A stretch of DNA of 64,000 nucleotides, taken from Paragordius varius. Taxonomy: Eukaryota; Animalia; Nematomorpha. This document shows positions 51,101-62,224 of this stretch, piece by piece. Position 1 is the first letter of the stretch, and each line of letters opens with the position of its first letter. Under the pieces are notes generated by a model that ran no database searches, was not told the DNA's origin, and worked only from the letters and a program-made list of their open reading frames with translations. The translations under genes were made by a program, and so were the position numbers. The DNA lies in assembly GCA_964247055.1 (NCBI GenBank), contig OZ176057.1, positions 5,952,001 through 6,016,000 on the forward strand, written 5' to 3'.

Positions 51101-54094
51101 TTAATTACGTAAAAATTTCTTTTTTATTGAAAAGATAAAAATTATATAGGTATTATATAATCTTGAAAAACATATAATTAATTTATTTTAGGGAGAATTT
51201 GAATTGTTTAAGGGTGAATTTGAATTGTTTAAGGGGGAATTTGAATTGTTCAAGGGGGAATTTGAATTGTTCAAGGATGAATTCGAATTGTTCAAGGATA
51301 AATTTGAATTGTTCAAGGGGGTGAATTTGAATTGTTCAAGGGTGAATTTGAATTGTAAATGGTATTTATATATTTATTCTAAGGAAATTTATTGTGTTTT
51401 AATCACTATAAAACAGTGGAAAATACAAACATATTATATAGAAATTTTTTTGTAATTCTACCCAACTGGATATAGATTTATATAGGAATTTTTAAAGATA
51501 ACCAATTATTAAAGCTATTTTAACTATTTTTATTTTTAATTCCTCTTATATATATTTAGGCACTATTCGAAACATTTGACACATGTATAAAAGTTGGTAA
51601 TCAAGAACCACAAAAAAATCTAAATCAAGATTATTACAGTGCTATTGAAAATTATGGAATAAGTCTGAAATTATATTCTTCGATAATCCCAAATACTAAA
51701 GCTGCTTATATCAATTCATCATTGAAACAATCAAAACAAAGTTATGAATATTTCCCAGAGGGTGAGTATTTCAGTAAAAAAAGAAAATTCATTTTTTTTG
51801 TTTAAAATATAACCTCATACTTTTTATAACTTGACTTTTTTAATTATAACTCATTGTTTTAAGTTTCAAAGTATAAGAAATTTATAATATAATTTGTGAT
51901 TCACAGTAAAAATTAATGAAAATTTATTTTTTGTTTAAAAGATAACCCCATACTTTTTATAACTTGAATTTCTTGATTATAACTCATTGTTTTAAACATT
52001 AAAGTTATAAAAATTTATAATATAATTTGTGATATACAGTAAAAATTAAAGAAATTTTTCTAAAAAATAACCCCATACTTTTTATAACTTGATTTTTTTA
52101 ATTAAACTCATTGTTTTAAACTTCTAAGTATAAGAAATTTATAATATAATTTGTGATTTACAGTAAAAATTAAAGAAAATTCATTTTTTCTTCTAAAAGA
52201 TAACCCCATACTTTTTAAAACTTGACTTTTTTAATTATAACTCATTGTTTTAAATTTCCAAGTATAAAAAATTTATAATATAATTTGTGATTTACAGTAA
52301 AAATTAAAGAAAATTTATTTTGTCCAAAAGATAACCCCAACTTGACTTTTTTATTATAACTCACTGTTTTAAACTTCAAAGTGTTAGAAATTTATTATAA
52401 CAATTATAATAATCCAACCAGAATATATCCAAGGGGGTTATTTTTGTGGTTTACAGTAAAATTAAAGAAATTTTTTTTTAAAAGTTAACTCCATACTTTT
52501 TATAACTTGAGTTTAATACACTGTTTTAAGTTTCAAAGAATATAGAGATGTATCTTGGAAACACAATCAATTAATTATATTTTACAATTGTTTATATAGC
52601 TTTTTATAGAAAAATTAATGTAGTTTAAAAAAGTATGGTTGGTTTATTTTAATATTTTATATCCGTATTTCAATTTTTAATTCAATTTTAGATTTGAATA
52701 ACCCTTTATTTTCGTCAAAAATATCAACTCAAAACTTGCATAAAACAGAATCAAAAGAAATGTCTCAAAATTACAAAAATAATTCCATAATTCAAAATTC
52801 TCCCCCCTTACCATTATTAATATCGAATAAGATGAATTTTTCAAACAATATTAATGATAATATTAATAAAAAAAGTTCTGAAACTCATTCTAAAATGTCA
52901 CCTAATAGTATAGAAAAAGAAATATTAATTCCACAATTATTGAATGTTGAATGGTTAGACAATAGTAATAGCAATAATTATAATACACGCATTGTAACAT
53001 TCACAAAACATATCAATGAACCTATGGTAAAATTGTTAAAATTATTAAATAAAAAAAGTTTATTTTTTAAAGTTTTGATATAAGAAATTTAAATTTATTA
53101 CAAATTCACTTTATAAACTTAAATAGGTTTTTTTTTAACTTAAAAGCTATATTTTTTGCCTTTTATGCTTTTTATTTTTTAGTAGTTTTGAATTTTAGTT
53201 TTGAAGTTAAAATTTAATTTTTGAAACTTAAAATCGCTATATTTTTTGCCCTTTAAGTTTATTTTAAGTATTATAGTTTTAAAATATTGTTTTTAAGTAA
53301 GAATTTGATTTCTTTTTTTCTATTTTGCCCTTTTAAGCTACTTTTTATGGAAAAAATTAATTTTAAACATAATTTGAAAAGATTTTAGAATAACTTTAAC
53401 AAAATATATCAATGAACCGATTGTAAGCTTTTTATATTTAATAAATTGTGAAAATTTTTAAATTATTTTGGCTTTTTTTTAAAATTTTAGTTTTAAAGTA
53501 AGATCTTAATTTAAAATTTCGTATAAGGTTTGTTTTTCTCTAAGGAATCGCAATATTTTTGCTCTTTTGAGTTTTTTCAAATTTATCATATATAAATGTT
53601 TAACATTATTTTTTTTTAGATTTAAACCTCAAAAGCTAATATATTTATATAAAAATATATGATGCTTATTATTTTTAGAGATGTATAAAATAAATGTATA
53701 GAAATATTTTTTTAAACTATTTAATTTGTGTATAAATATTAAATATTAGTTGGCTATTTAAAAAAATTCTTTTCAAAACTTAGCAAGGCACAATGTATTA
53801 ATATATATATTATAGTAAAAATTTAAATTATACGGACAAAACGTAAAAATATAAAGACAAATTTTTTAATTAAGATAATAAAATCTTATTTATTTTTATT
53901 AAAATAATTAAATTACAATAGAATTTTAATAATTTGCTTTTATTAATTTATATCTTTATTTCCTACTTTATAGTTTGAAACAATGAGTTATATTGAAATC
54001 ATAAATCTAGATTTAAAAAGTATGGTTGGTTGTCTTTTAGAAAAAATATGGTTGTCTTTATATTTTTACGTTTTGTCCATAATTTCAATTTTTT

Positions 54095-54129
<35 letters not shown>

Positions 54130-57100
54130 CTATGCCTATTTGGTATTTTTTTTATTAATAAAGATGTATAATTAAGAATAGATTTTTTTTATTTTAAATT
54201 ATCTTTATTTTAATTATTATGTTTTATATATAATTTACTATAATTTTCAAAAAAAAAGTTTTAAAATTATTTTTGTTATATGATTTATTTTAATTTTTAA
54301 CTTTTATTTTATTTTTTATGTTTTTATATATAATTTATTATAATCTTTTAAATTTTTTTTAAAATTATTTTTGGTGTATGATTTATTTTAATATATATAA
54401 TTATTAAAATTTTAAATTTTTCAAAAAAAATTGTTATATGATTTATTTTAAAGTTTAAACATTTTTAATTATTCTAATATGATTTTATATATCTAATTTT
54501 TTATAATTATTTAGTTATAAGATTTATTTTAAATATTTAATTTTTATTAAAAAATTTTTAAATTTTTATTAAATATTTTATTTAAATTTCAAATTTTATA
54601 TATTTTTTAGGGAATAACTCTAAAATTAAATGAAGAAAATGTTTGCGTTGTTGCCAGAATTTTGTATGGCGGATTAGCTCATACTTTAAGTAAGAAAAAA
54701 AAAATTTTTTTAATTTTTTACATTTTTAATTTTAAATTTAAATATATTTTTAAAACAAAAAAAATTAATTTTTTTATTTTATCAAAAAAATTATTTTATT
54801 TTAACATTTTTAATTTTAAGTTTAAAAAAAATTATATTTTACAAATTTTAAGTTTAAAAAAAATATTTTATTATTTGCATTTTTAATTTTAAGTTTAAAA
54901 AAATAATATTTTTTCATTTTTAATTTTAAAAAAATTATATTTTTAACACATGTTTAAAAAAAATTATATTTTTAACACACAAAAAAATGTTTTTTAAAAT
55001 TAATATATATATAAAATTAGTTATTATTTTTAGAAACAAATTAAATAATTAAAACTCCATGATATTTTATTTGCACTTAATTTTATTAAATATTTTTTCC
55101 GTTATAAAAAGCACTTTTCTATAATTTTAGTTTATTATTACTCTAAAAAATTTGTTTTAATAAATTATTACATTATATATATATATATATATTATTTTTA
55201 GAATACAATATTCATAATATTGTATATATACCTTATACGTACAATTTAAATTCACCCTAAAATAAATTAATATTATCCACCTATATCCTTTTATATATTT
55301 AAACTATTAAACTTTGTTTAAAAATAATATAATACTGAAAATATAATAAACTCTGCGTTATAAAAATATATTTTATATTAATGATAGGTTATATTATATT
55401 AGCTGCCTGAAAACACATGAATTTATTTTTAAGGGTGGTGAATTCCTTGGCAAAAAAATTTAAAATCAAAATTAAACTTATTTTTAGAGATTTTTCTAAA
55501 CCCTTCCTTTTAGAAAAAAATATATAAATTAAAACAAATACTCATTATTTACTAAATTAAAAATTAAACCAAAAAAGTCATTTTTTTTAATTTTCCAAGA
55601 GTTTACACAGTACAGATATATCTTGAATCAAAAATTTTCATTATTTATAAATCATCATCTTAAAATTATAAATTAAAATCCAAAAAAATTTACAAATCAA
55701 ATATTTTAACTTCCTTTTAGAAAAAAATATATAAATTAAAATAAAAAATTATAATTTGCTATTCTTTAAATTAAAAAATAAACCAAAAAAAAATTTTTTC
55801 TTAATAAATTTTCAAAAAAATATATCATTTTTATTTTACACTTTCTTAGATCTTTTACACTCAAATTATATTTTTCCTACAGTTTACTCAGTACAGAAAT
55901 ATCTTGAATATTAAAAATACTTACATTTACTAAAATCTTAAAATATAAAAATTAAACTCTAAATTTATCATTTTTATAACTTTTTCCATAGATCTTCAAA
56001 ATATATAAATTAATGGAAAAAATTTTAATAAATAATCTTAAAACCATAAATTAAACCAAAAAATTTTTCAAATCAAACATTTTAATTTACAACAAAATTT
56101 ATGAATTTTTTTACACTTTCTTTGATCTTTTACACAAGGGTGACCTTTATTTTTTCCCATAGATCTTTCTAAACCCTTTCTTTTAGAACAAAATATTAAA
56201 AATTTAACTAAAAAAATTTTCATTTTTTTTAATTTACAAAAAAAATTTATTTTTTTACTTTGCAAAGGAATTTCTCATTACATACAGAAATATCCAAAAA
56301 ATTAGATCAAAATTTATCATTATTTACTATGCTTAAAATTAAAAATTAAACCAAAAAAATTTATCATTTTTACCTTTTTTCATAGATCTTTAAAATATAT
56401 AAATTAAAGCAATTCATTATTTACTAATTCAATTAAACCAAAAAATTATTTTGTTTTATAAATCTTAAAAATATAAATTAAACCAAAAAAATTTTCATTT
56501 TTTTACTTTACAAAGGAATTTATAAAATCATTAATATTACTTTCTTTTTCTCCCCATAGATCTTTCTAAACCATTCCTTTTTTAAAAAATATATAAATTA
56601 AAGCAAAATTTAAATAAATAATCTTAAAAAAAATTTTAATCAAATATTTTACTTTACAAAAAAATTTATAAATCAAACTTATTACTTTTTTAAATTACAA
56701 AAAAATTTAATCAAACTTATATTACACTTTCTTAGATCTTTTACACGAGGGTGATCTGATTGTCGAAATCAATGGTTGCGACGTTTATAATTATAAAATA
56801 ACCAAAAAAAAGTTTAAAATCAAATTTAAAGTATTCATTATTTACTAATATTAAAAATTTAACCAAAAAAATAATTTAATTTACAAAAAAAATTTAATAA
56901 ATTAAAGACATTCATTATTTATTCTTAAAATATAAATTAAAAAAAATTTAATTTTTAAAATTACAAAAAAATTTATAAAATCAAATATTTTTTCTTAGAT
57001 CTTTTACACGAGGGTGACCTAATTGTCGAAATCAATGGTTGCGATGTTAGTGATCAAAATGTGCAAACGCTGCAATGTCTTTTAAGTCAAGCCCATGGAC

Positions 57101-60100
57101 GAGTTCAACTCAAACTCATTTCAAATTTATTCGCCCCTCAACAAAATTTTTATTACAGTAAAAATTCAAATTTCTTTTTTCTTTTATATTTATGATAAAA
57201 TTTAGTTTAAAATTATATAAAGACGATATTTTTGAATAAGAAAACAAACTCATAATATAATAGTAAAAACTGAAATATACTATGAACGTTAAAATATAAA
57301 AATTTCAAAAAAAAATCCTTTTATACTAATGACTAAATCATAATTCAAAATTATAAAGACGACTTTTTTGAATAAGAAAACAACTTCATAATATAACAGA
57401 AAAAACTGAAATTATACTATGGACAAAACGATAATATATAAAAATTGAAATTTATTCTTTATACTAATGACCAAAATCATAGTTTAAAAATATAAAGACG
57501 ACTTTTTCTAATAAGAAAACAACCTGATATTACAGTAAAAACTGAATACTATTGTCAAAACGTAGATTAAAATATAAAGACAAATCTTTTTTTCAAAAGA
57601 CAACCCCATACTTGTTTTAGACTACATTTTTGAAAATATAACTTATTGTTTCAAATTGCATATTACAGAAATGATATCTATATTGGTGATAGAATTACAG
57701 TAAAAATCTCAAAAAATGGTTTCTTAATACTGATGAAAATGCTTAGTTTAAAATTATAAAGACAACAATTTTAAATAAGAAAACAACCTCATAAAACAGT
57801 AAAAACTGAAATTATACTATGGACAAAACGTTAAAATATAAGGACAAATCTTTTTTTTCAAAAGACAACCCCATATACTTGTTTAAAAATATAACTTATT
57901 GTTTCAATTGCATATTACAGAAATGATATCTATATTGGTGACACAATAAATTATATATATGAGAAAAATTAAGGTTTTTAAAAAGTATGGGGTTGTCTTT
58001 TAGATAAAAATATTTGTCTTTATATGTTTACTACGTTTTGTCCGTAGTATAATTTCAGTTTTTACTGTAATTATTTTAACCTTAATATATATAATTAGGA
58101 TTGTAAAATATATATATATATATATATATATATTTTGTATAAATGTTTTAGAGATTTGAATTTAAGGATGTATTTATAACATTTTAGGGTAAATTTGAAT
58201 TGTTCAAGAGTGAATTTGATATATTTTAGGAGAGTTTGATTATTTTAGGGTAATTTGAATTTTTTAAAGGTGAATTCGAATTGTTCAAGAATGAATTTGA
58301 ATTGTAAATGTATAGTTTATATGTGTTAATTGATTTGTTTATAGGAAAAAAAAGGTTGAAATATAAATAATTATGATGGTTTTTGTTAAGAAATATAGGG
58401 GTAGTATTTTTATTCTGTTTTTGAAATTTAATTGAATTTCCTATAATTTATATCAAATTTTTTTTTATAAATTTTGGTAAAATTTTGAACAATATACCTA
58501 ATGTATAAGTAATCTTAATTACAAATTTATATAATAAGAAGTTATAAAATTGGACAAAATAGTTATATAATAAATTTAAAATCTAAATATTAATTTTTAA
58601 AAAAATTAAATTTTTTACTCTTACTTTTAATATAACCTATTTACTTAAAATTCAACGTAAAAAAATGAAAAGTAATTTTTATCATTAATTTTTATCCTTA
58701 TATGTTATTCTACAAATAAATATTGAAATTTTTTTAGTTTAAATTTTTTATAACCATATCTCTGAATACTGAATTATTGTACGTCCTTAGTTTATTCTTT
58801 ATAAGAATATATTTTCCATGTCAAAATTGAAATTGATTTTTTAAATAACATGTCTTATAAAATATATTTATATAATAATTTTAGCAATAAAAAAATATTA
58901 TTTAATATATCTTAATTTTTATATAGTTAGACCCTCAAGTCCTATAACGCCTATAACTCAACATTCCATAGGTATATATATATATATATATATATATTTT
59001 TTGAATTTATTAATAATTAAAAATTAATAATTTTTAAAATATTTTTTAATATAGTTTGAAAAATAAATAATGTACAAAACGTAACAATATAAAAACAAAT
59101 ACTTTTTAAAAGGCAACCTAATTTTCAAAACCTTAATTTTTCCTATTAAAGTCATTTAATGATTCATCTATATGTACTTTAGAGTTAATAATGAGTTATT
59201 TTATTTAAAAAATATTTAGATTTATAAAAAGTATGTATGGTTAATTGGTTGTTTTTTATAAAAAAATTTGTCTTTTAATTTTCACGTTTTGTCCGTATTA
59301 AGTTTTACTGTTAAAATTTTTTTTATGTGAAAAAAAACAAATTCCGATTCTAGAGTTATTCGATAATTTAAAAATAAATAATTTAGAAATTTATAATTAA
59401 ATTTAACTTATATATGTATATATTACAGTTCAAATTCACCCTAAAAATAAATTGTGTGTTTTTGAACTAATATAACTCATTATTAAGAAATATATCTTTA
59501 TGGCATAATTTATTATTTTTCAATATTATTTTAATTTAAAACAAAAATTCATTTTTCAAAAATATAGGTAATTTTTAATCCTAAAAACACATAATTATTT
59601 TAGGTTAAATTTGAATTGTAAATGTTATATATATTGTTGAAAAAAGGAATTAATATTTTAGATTAAATATAATATATTTTATTTGATTTTTTATTAACTA
59701 TTCAGAACCCAGGAAAGATGGCAATTTTCAAGAAAAATCAACGCAAGATAATTTAGAAAATTTTCAATTTGAACGCCATAATGTACTTAGTGATGTAAGT
59801 TTTTGATTATTATAAGCTTTTTTAAAAAAAATTATAAAAAAAATCATTTTTTAAAAAGTAGTAATTAATTAATTTATATTTTTTGATATCTTTTGTTTTA
59901 TATTTAATTGTTTTTTGTAATATTTGTTAAATGAAATAATGGAATTCAATTTATAGGTTTTTATATCTATATTTATAATTTAAAATTTTGTTTTATATTT
60001 AATTCTTTTTTATTGTTATATTTATTGAATACTAAAGAAAATAATGGAATTCATTAAATTATAGATTTTTATTTCTATTTTTATATTAAAATTTATCATT

Positions 60101-62224
60101 TTTTATTCTCTTTTAGCATTACTAACAATTGTTTTTTTTTTAATTCTCTGTTATACGTTAAAAAAGACTTATGTTTATTAAAAATGTATTTAAATTATTA
60201 ATTAATTAAAAAAATTTCTATTTTATTACATATTTTAAAGCAAATTTATTTTGAAAATTATTTTACATTTAAGGATTAAAATGGAATTGAATAAATTCTA
60301 AATGTTCTTGGTTGAATTTATATATATATATATATATATATTAAAATTTGATCTCACCCCTGTAATATCAATTTTTACTGGTTAAATTCTACAAAAATTT
60401 ATTTAACTTTTGCTCAAACTTAACTTATATCAAATTTTAAACGCTTTTTTAAGCTTGAAATGTTTTTTTAAATGTCAACTTACCGTTAGTTATAATATAT
60501 ATATATAGAGTAAAAATTGCAATTATATAGGGACAAAACGACATTACAAAAAACAACCCCATACTTTTTAAAACTTAATTTTCCTATTTATATAACTTGC
60601 TATTTAGTTATACGAGTAGAAAACTTAAAATTGATTGTGTTAATAATATATATCTATTTCACACTACATTTTAAACAATAAGAGTTATATTGAAAAAATC
60701 TAAAGATTTATGTATGGCTGTCTTTTGTAGAAAACAAAATATTTGTCTTTATATTTTTAAGTTTTTTAATATTAATTTTTAAAAAAAAATTTAAATGTAT
60801 ATTGGTAACACAATTAATTATGTATTTTACATTTTAAATATTAATTTATAAAAAAAAATTTAAAATGTCTTTTGGTAACGCAATCAATTATGTATTTTAC
60901 ATCTGATAATCTTTATTTCATTTTGAAGTGGTTTTTATCGTTTTAATCGTATTTTATAGCTTGCTGTCCTAATAAGATTCTAGAATACATAAAACTGAAA
61001 CTAATACATGAAAACAATGTATAATTATTGATTTTTCGTTTTTTTACTAAAATAACTTTTCAAACTGTAGTTTATTTACAAAATTAAGATTTTACCCCAT
61101 TATTCAGGTAGATACTATGGGTAATGAAAAATTATATTAAATTTAGGTAGACTATATTTTGTAAATTTTTTTAATTTATAACTAATATACCATTTAGAGT
61201 TCAAAATCACCCTTGAACAATTCAAAACCCTTGAACAATTCAAATTCACCCTTGAACAATTCAAATTCACCCTAAAAATAAATTATGTATTTTCGAACTA
61301 ATATAACTCATTATTAATATGAAATATATGTTTATGGTATAGTTTCTTATTTTTTTAGTAGTATTATTTTAAGTTAAAACAAAATTTTTATTTTTCGAAA
61401 AATATATAAAATATAGGTAATTTTTAATCTTAAAAATCATGTTATATATTTGAGGGTAAATTTGAATTGTTCCGGGGTGAATTTGAATTGTTCAAGGGGA
61501 GGAATTTGAATTGTTCAAGGGGGTGTATTTGAATTGTTCAAGGGTGAATTTCAATTGTTTAAGGGTGAATTTGAATTTTGTAAAAGGAATTGTTCAAGGG
61601 GGTGAATTTAAAATGTTTGAGGGTGAATTTAAATTGTTCAAGGGTGTAGAATTTGAATTGTTCAAGGGTGTAGAATTTGAATTGTTCAAGGGGTGAATTT
61701 AAATTGTTCGAGGGTGAATTTGAATTGGGTGAATCTCAATTGTTCAAGGGTGAGTTTCAATTGTTTAAGGGTGAATATGAATTTTGTAAAAAGAATTGTT
61801 CAAGGGGGTGAATTTGAAATGTTTGAGGGTGAATTTCAATTGTTCAAGGGTGAATTTGAATTGTTCAAGGGGGTGAATTTGAATAGTTTAAGGGGGTGAA
61901 TTTGAATTGTTCAAGGGGGTGAATTTGAATTGTTTAAGGGTCTTGAACTGTAAATGGTATACTATTAAGGAAGTGTTAATTACATAAAATTCAAAGTATG
62001 TTAGATTGTTGTAGAAAACAAATTATTTGTCTTTATATTTCAACATTCATAATTTTTTTACTTTTAATGTATAACTAATATTTGTTCAACAGATGTATGT
62101 TAAGGCATGTTTTGATTACGATGCACAAAGCGATGAATTAAATCCATGTCCCCAGGCTGGATTGTCGTTCTCAGTTGGTGACATTCTTAAAATTAATTCC
62201 AAACACGATTCTGATTGGTGGCAG
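26283..62224 (+). CDS. CASK: Peripheral plasma membrane protein CASK / LIN-2 (CaMK-like, L27, PDZ, SH3); 3'-partial, rest of SH3 and the GUK domain lie beyond the window
   Basis: 21 GT-AG exons with consistent phases: 26283-26344, 26985-27166, 29519-29639, 31254-31331, 33048-33322, 35581-35652, 36668-36795, 38164-38286, 40228-40311, 41160-41400, 42261-42462, 44007-44358, 48986-49072, 50337-50429, 51560-51761, 52692-53026, 54611-54689, 56999-57157, 58927-58971, 59706-59794, 62093-62224 (3141 nt). Diagnostic CASK peptides: [125 protein letters not shown]. Some donors (27167, 33323, 42463) are weak and inferred from phase. Confidence 0.92.
27308..27772. mobile_element. Family B foldback-type element nested in a family A MITE (about 27215-27945)
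   Basis: TATA|CCATTTACAATTCAAATTCACCCTTGAAC (about 5 units) ... GGGTGAATTTGAATTGTTCAA (about 7 units) ...TGTAAAT, with family A arms on both sides. Confidence 0.8.
28860..29518. repeat. Tandem array (about 200-bp unit, 4 copies) ending at the CASK exon 3 acceptor
   Basis: Anchor AAAGATAATTTTTG at about 28867, 29084, 29279 and 29472. Confidence 0.8.
29820..31060. repeat. AT-rich tandem array (about 165-240-bp unit, 7 copies)
   Basis: Anchor AATAAGGTTTCAAGAATG at about 29894, 30058, 30229, 30440, 30606, 30780 and 31019. Confidence 0.85.
32340..33047. repeat. Degenerate tandem copies of the CASK exon 5 acceptor and 5' end
   Basis: CAGTCATTATTTCAAACAATT (about 32430, 32707), TTTTAGTCATTACTTTAAACAATTGTT (32953) and TTTGCACGAGGAA (about 32610, 32743) echo the exon start AG|TCATTACTTTAAACAATTGTTG...TTGCACGAGGAATTGAATTT. 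Confidence 0.8.
33296..34400. repeat. Tandem array seeded at the CASK exon 5 donor
   Basis: About 9 copies of GATAGGAATATCC.GGATAAAAGTGATTAATTTAAAGATTATGATATATAGATGG; the first copy spans the exon end. Confidence 0.85.
35975..36050. repeat. (TA)n microsatellite, the longest of many in the window
   Basis: About 70 bp of nearly uninterrupted TA. Others at about 1016-1035, 28705-28752, 28915-28949, 29692-29728, 37789-37834, 38089-38114 and 40108-40140. Confidence 0.95.
37841..38088. mobile_element. Family B element inserted in a (TA)n tract
   Basis: (TA)n..TATA|CCATTTACACTTCAAATTCACCC ... GGGTGAATTTTAAATTGAAAATGG|TA(TA)n. Confidence 0.8.
38270..40030. repeat. Tandem array of the CASK exon 8 donor (9 extra copies, mean spacing about 182 bp)
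   Basis: CACCC.TGGATAGCTGTATTTT anchors at 38279 (true exon end), 38492, 38688, 38862, 39049, 39199, 39381, 39572, 39747 and 39914. Confidence 0.9.
42533..42831. mobile_element. Family B element
   Basis: TATA|CCATTTACAGTTCAAATTCACCCTTGAAC... to ...TATAAATGG|TATA. Confidence 0.75.
43480..44030. repeat. Three about-200-bp tandem units (family A right arm plus the exon 12 acceptor region)
   Basis: TATTCAACAATT at 43613, 43813 and 44017 (the last inside the exon). Each unit contains TCTTTTAGATAAAAATATTTGTC. Confidence 0.8.
44341..45010. repeat. Tandem array of the CASK exon 12 donor (3 extra copies)
   Basis: TCACCCCTGTATTCTGAG|GT is exact at 44341, 44525, 44718 and 44899. Confidence 0.92.
45207..45454. 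mobile_element. Family C MITE, second copy
   Basis: TIRs ...ATCCTTTATTTTATCAAAAATTT...TTCGTTAAATGG / CCATTTAACG...TTTTTGATAAAACAAAGGATACAT, and internal AGCTCTATGG / AACAATATCATATTC shared with 11532-11746. Confidence 0.7.
49426..49728. mobile_element. Family A MITE; further copies or arms at about 11078, 34558-35111, 41933, 43271, 50460-50735, 53813-54099, 57797-58067, 59060-59310 and 60510-60750
   Basis: TA|CAGTAAAAATTGAAA...ACGTAAAAATATAAAGACAAATATTTT ... AGTATGGTTGG...ATCCGTAGTATAATTTCGATTTTTACTG|TA. Confidence 0.8.
50337..51600 (+). CDS. CASK: CASK L27 (C-terminal-type) domain, exons 14-15
   Basis: [31 protein letters not shown]|ALFETFDTC aligns to EVLEEI...AKELKRILTQPHFM|ALLQTHDVV, including the intron position. 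Confidence 0.7.
50981..51362. mobile_element. Family B element with an expanded right arm
   Basis: TATA|CCATTTACAA ... about 8 x 21-bp GGGTGAATTTGAATTGTTCAA ... TGTAAATGG|TA. Confidence 0.8.
51772..52520. repeat. Tandem array (about 130-bp unit, 6 copies) of family A left-arm sequence just after the exon 15 donor
   Basis: CAGTAAAAA anchors at 51772, 51904, 52037, 52161, 52295 and 52454. Confidence 0.85.
52984..57157 (+). CDS. CASK: CASK PDZ domain, exons 16-18
   Basis: [14 protein letters not shown]|[26 protein letters not shown]|[29 protein letters not shown]. Confidence 0.9.
55480..56998. repeat. Complex tandem array upstream of CASK exon 18, containing copies of its acceptor
   Basis: TTCTTAGATCTTTTACAC at about 55843, about 56119 (TTCTTTGATCTTTTACACAAGGGTGACC), 56729, and the true acceptor at 56992-56998. 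Confidence 0.8.
57150..57860. repeat. Tandem array (about 135-bp unit) of family A-derived sequence starting at the exon 18 donor
   Basis: AAAGACGAC..TTTGAATAAGAAAACAA at about 57219, 57355, 57494 and 57758, each followed by a CAGTAAAAACTGAA-like motif. Confidence 0.75.
61190..61957. mobile_element. Family B element with an about 500-bp right arm of 21-mers
   Basis: TATA|CCATTTAGAGTTCAAAATCACCC ... GAACTGTAAATGG|TATA. A higher-order duplication lies inside the arm (TTTTGTAAAA at 61577 and 61782). Confidence 0.85.
62093..62224 (+). CDS. CASK: CASK SH3 domain, first exon
   Basis: CAACAG|ATG TAT GTT AAG ... TGG TGG CAG|GTTAGT, translating to [44 protein letters not shown]. Confidence 0.92.

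Noticed and set aside
51204-51455. ORFs of FKGEFEL / VNLNCSR repeats (also 61511-61696 and 61693-61899)
   Set aside because: These are translations of the 21-bp subterminal repeat of family B elements; open only because the unit is a multiple of 3.
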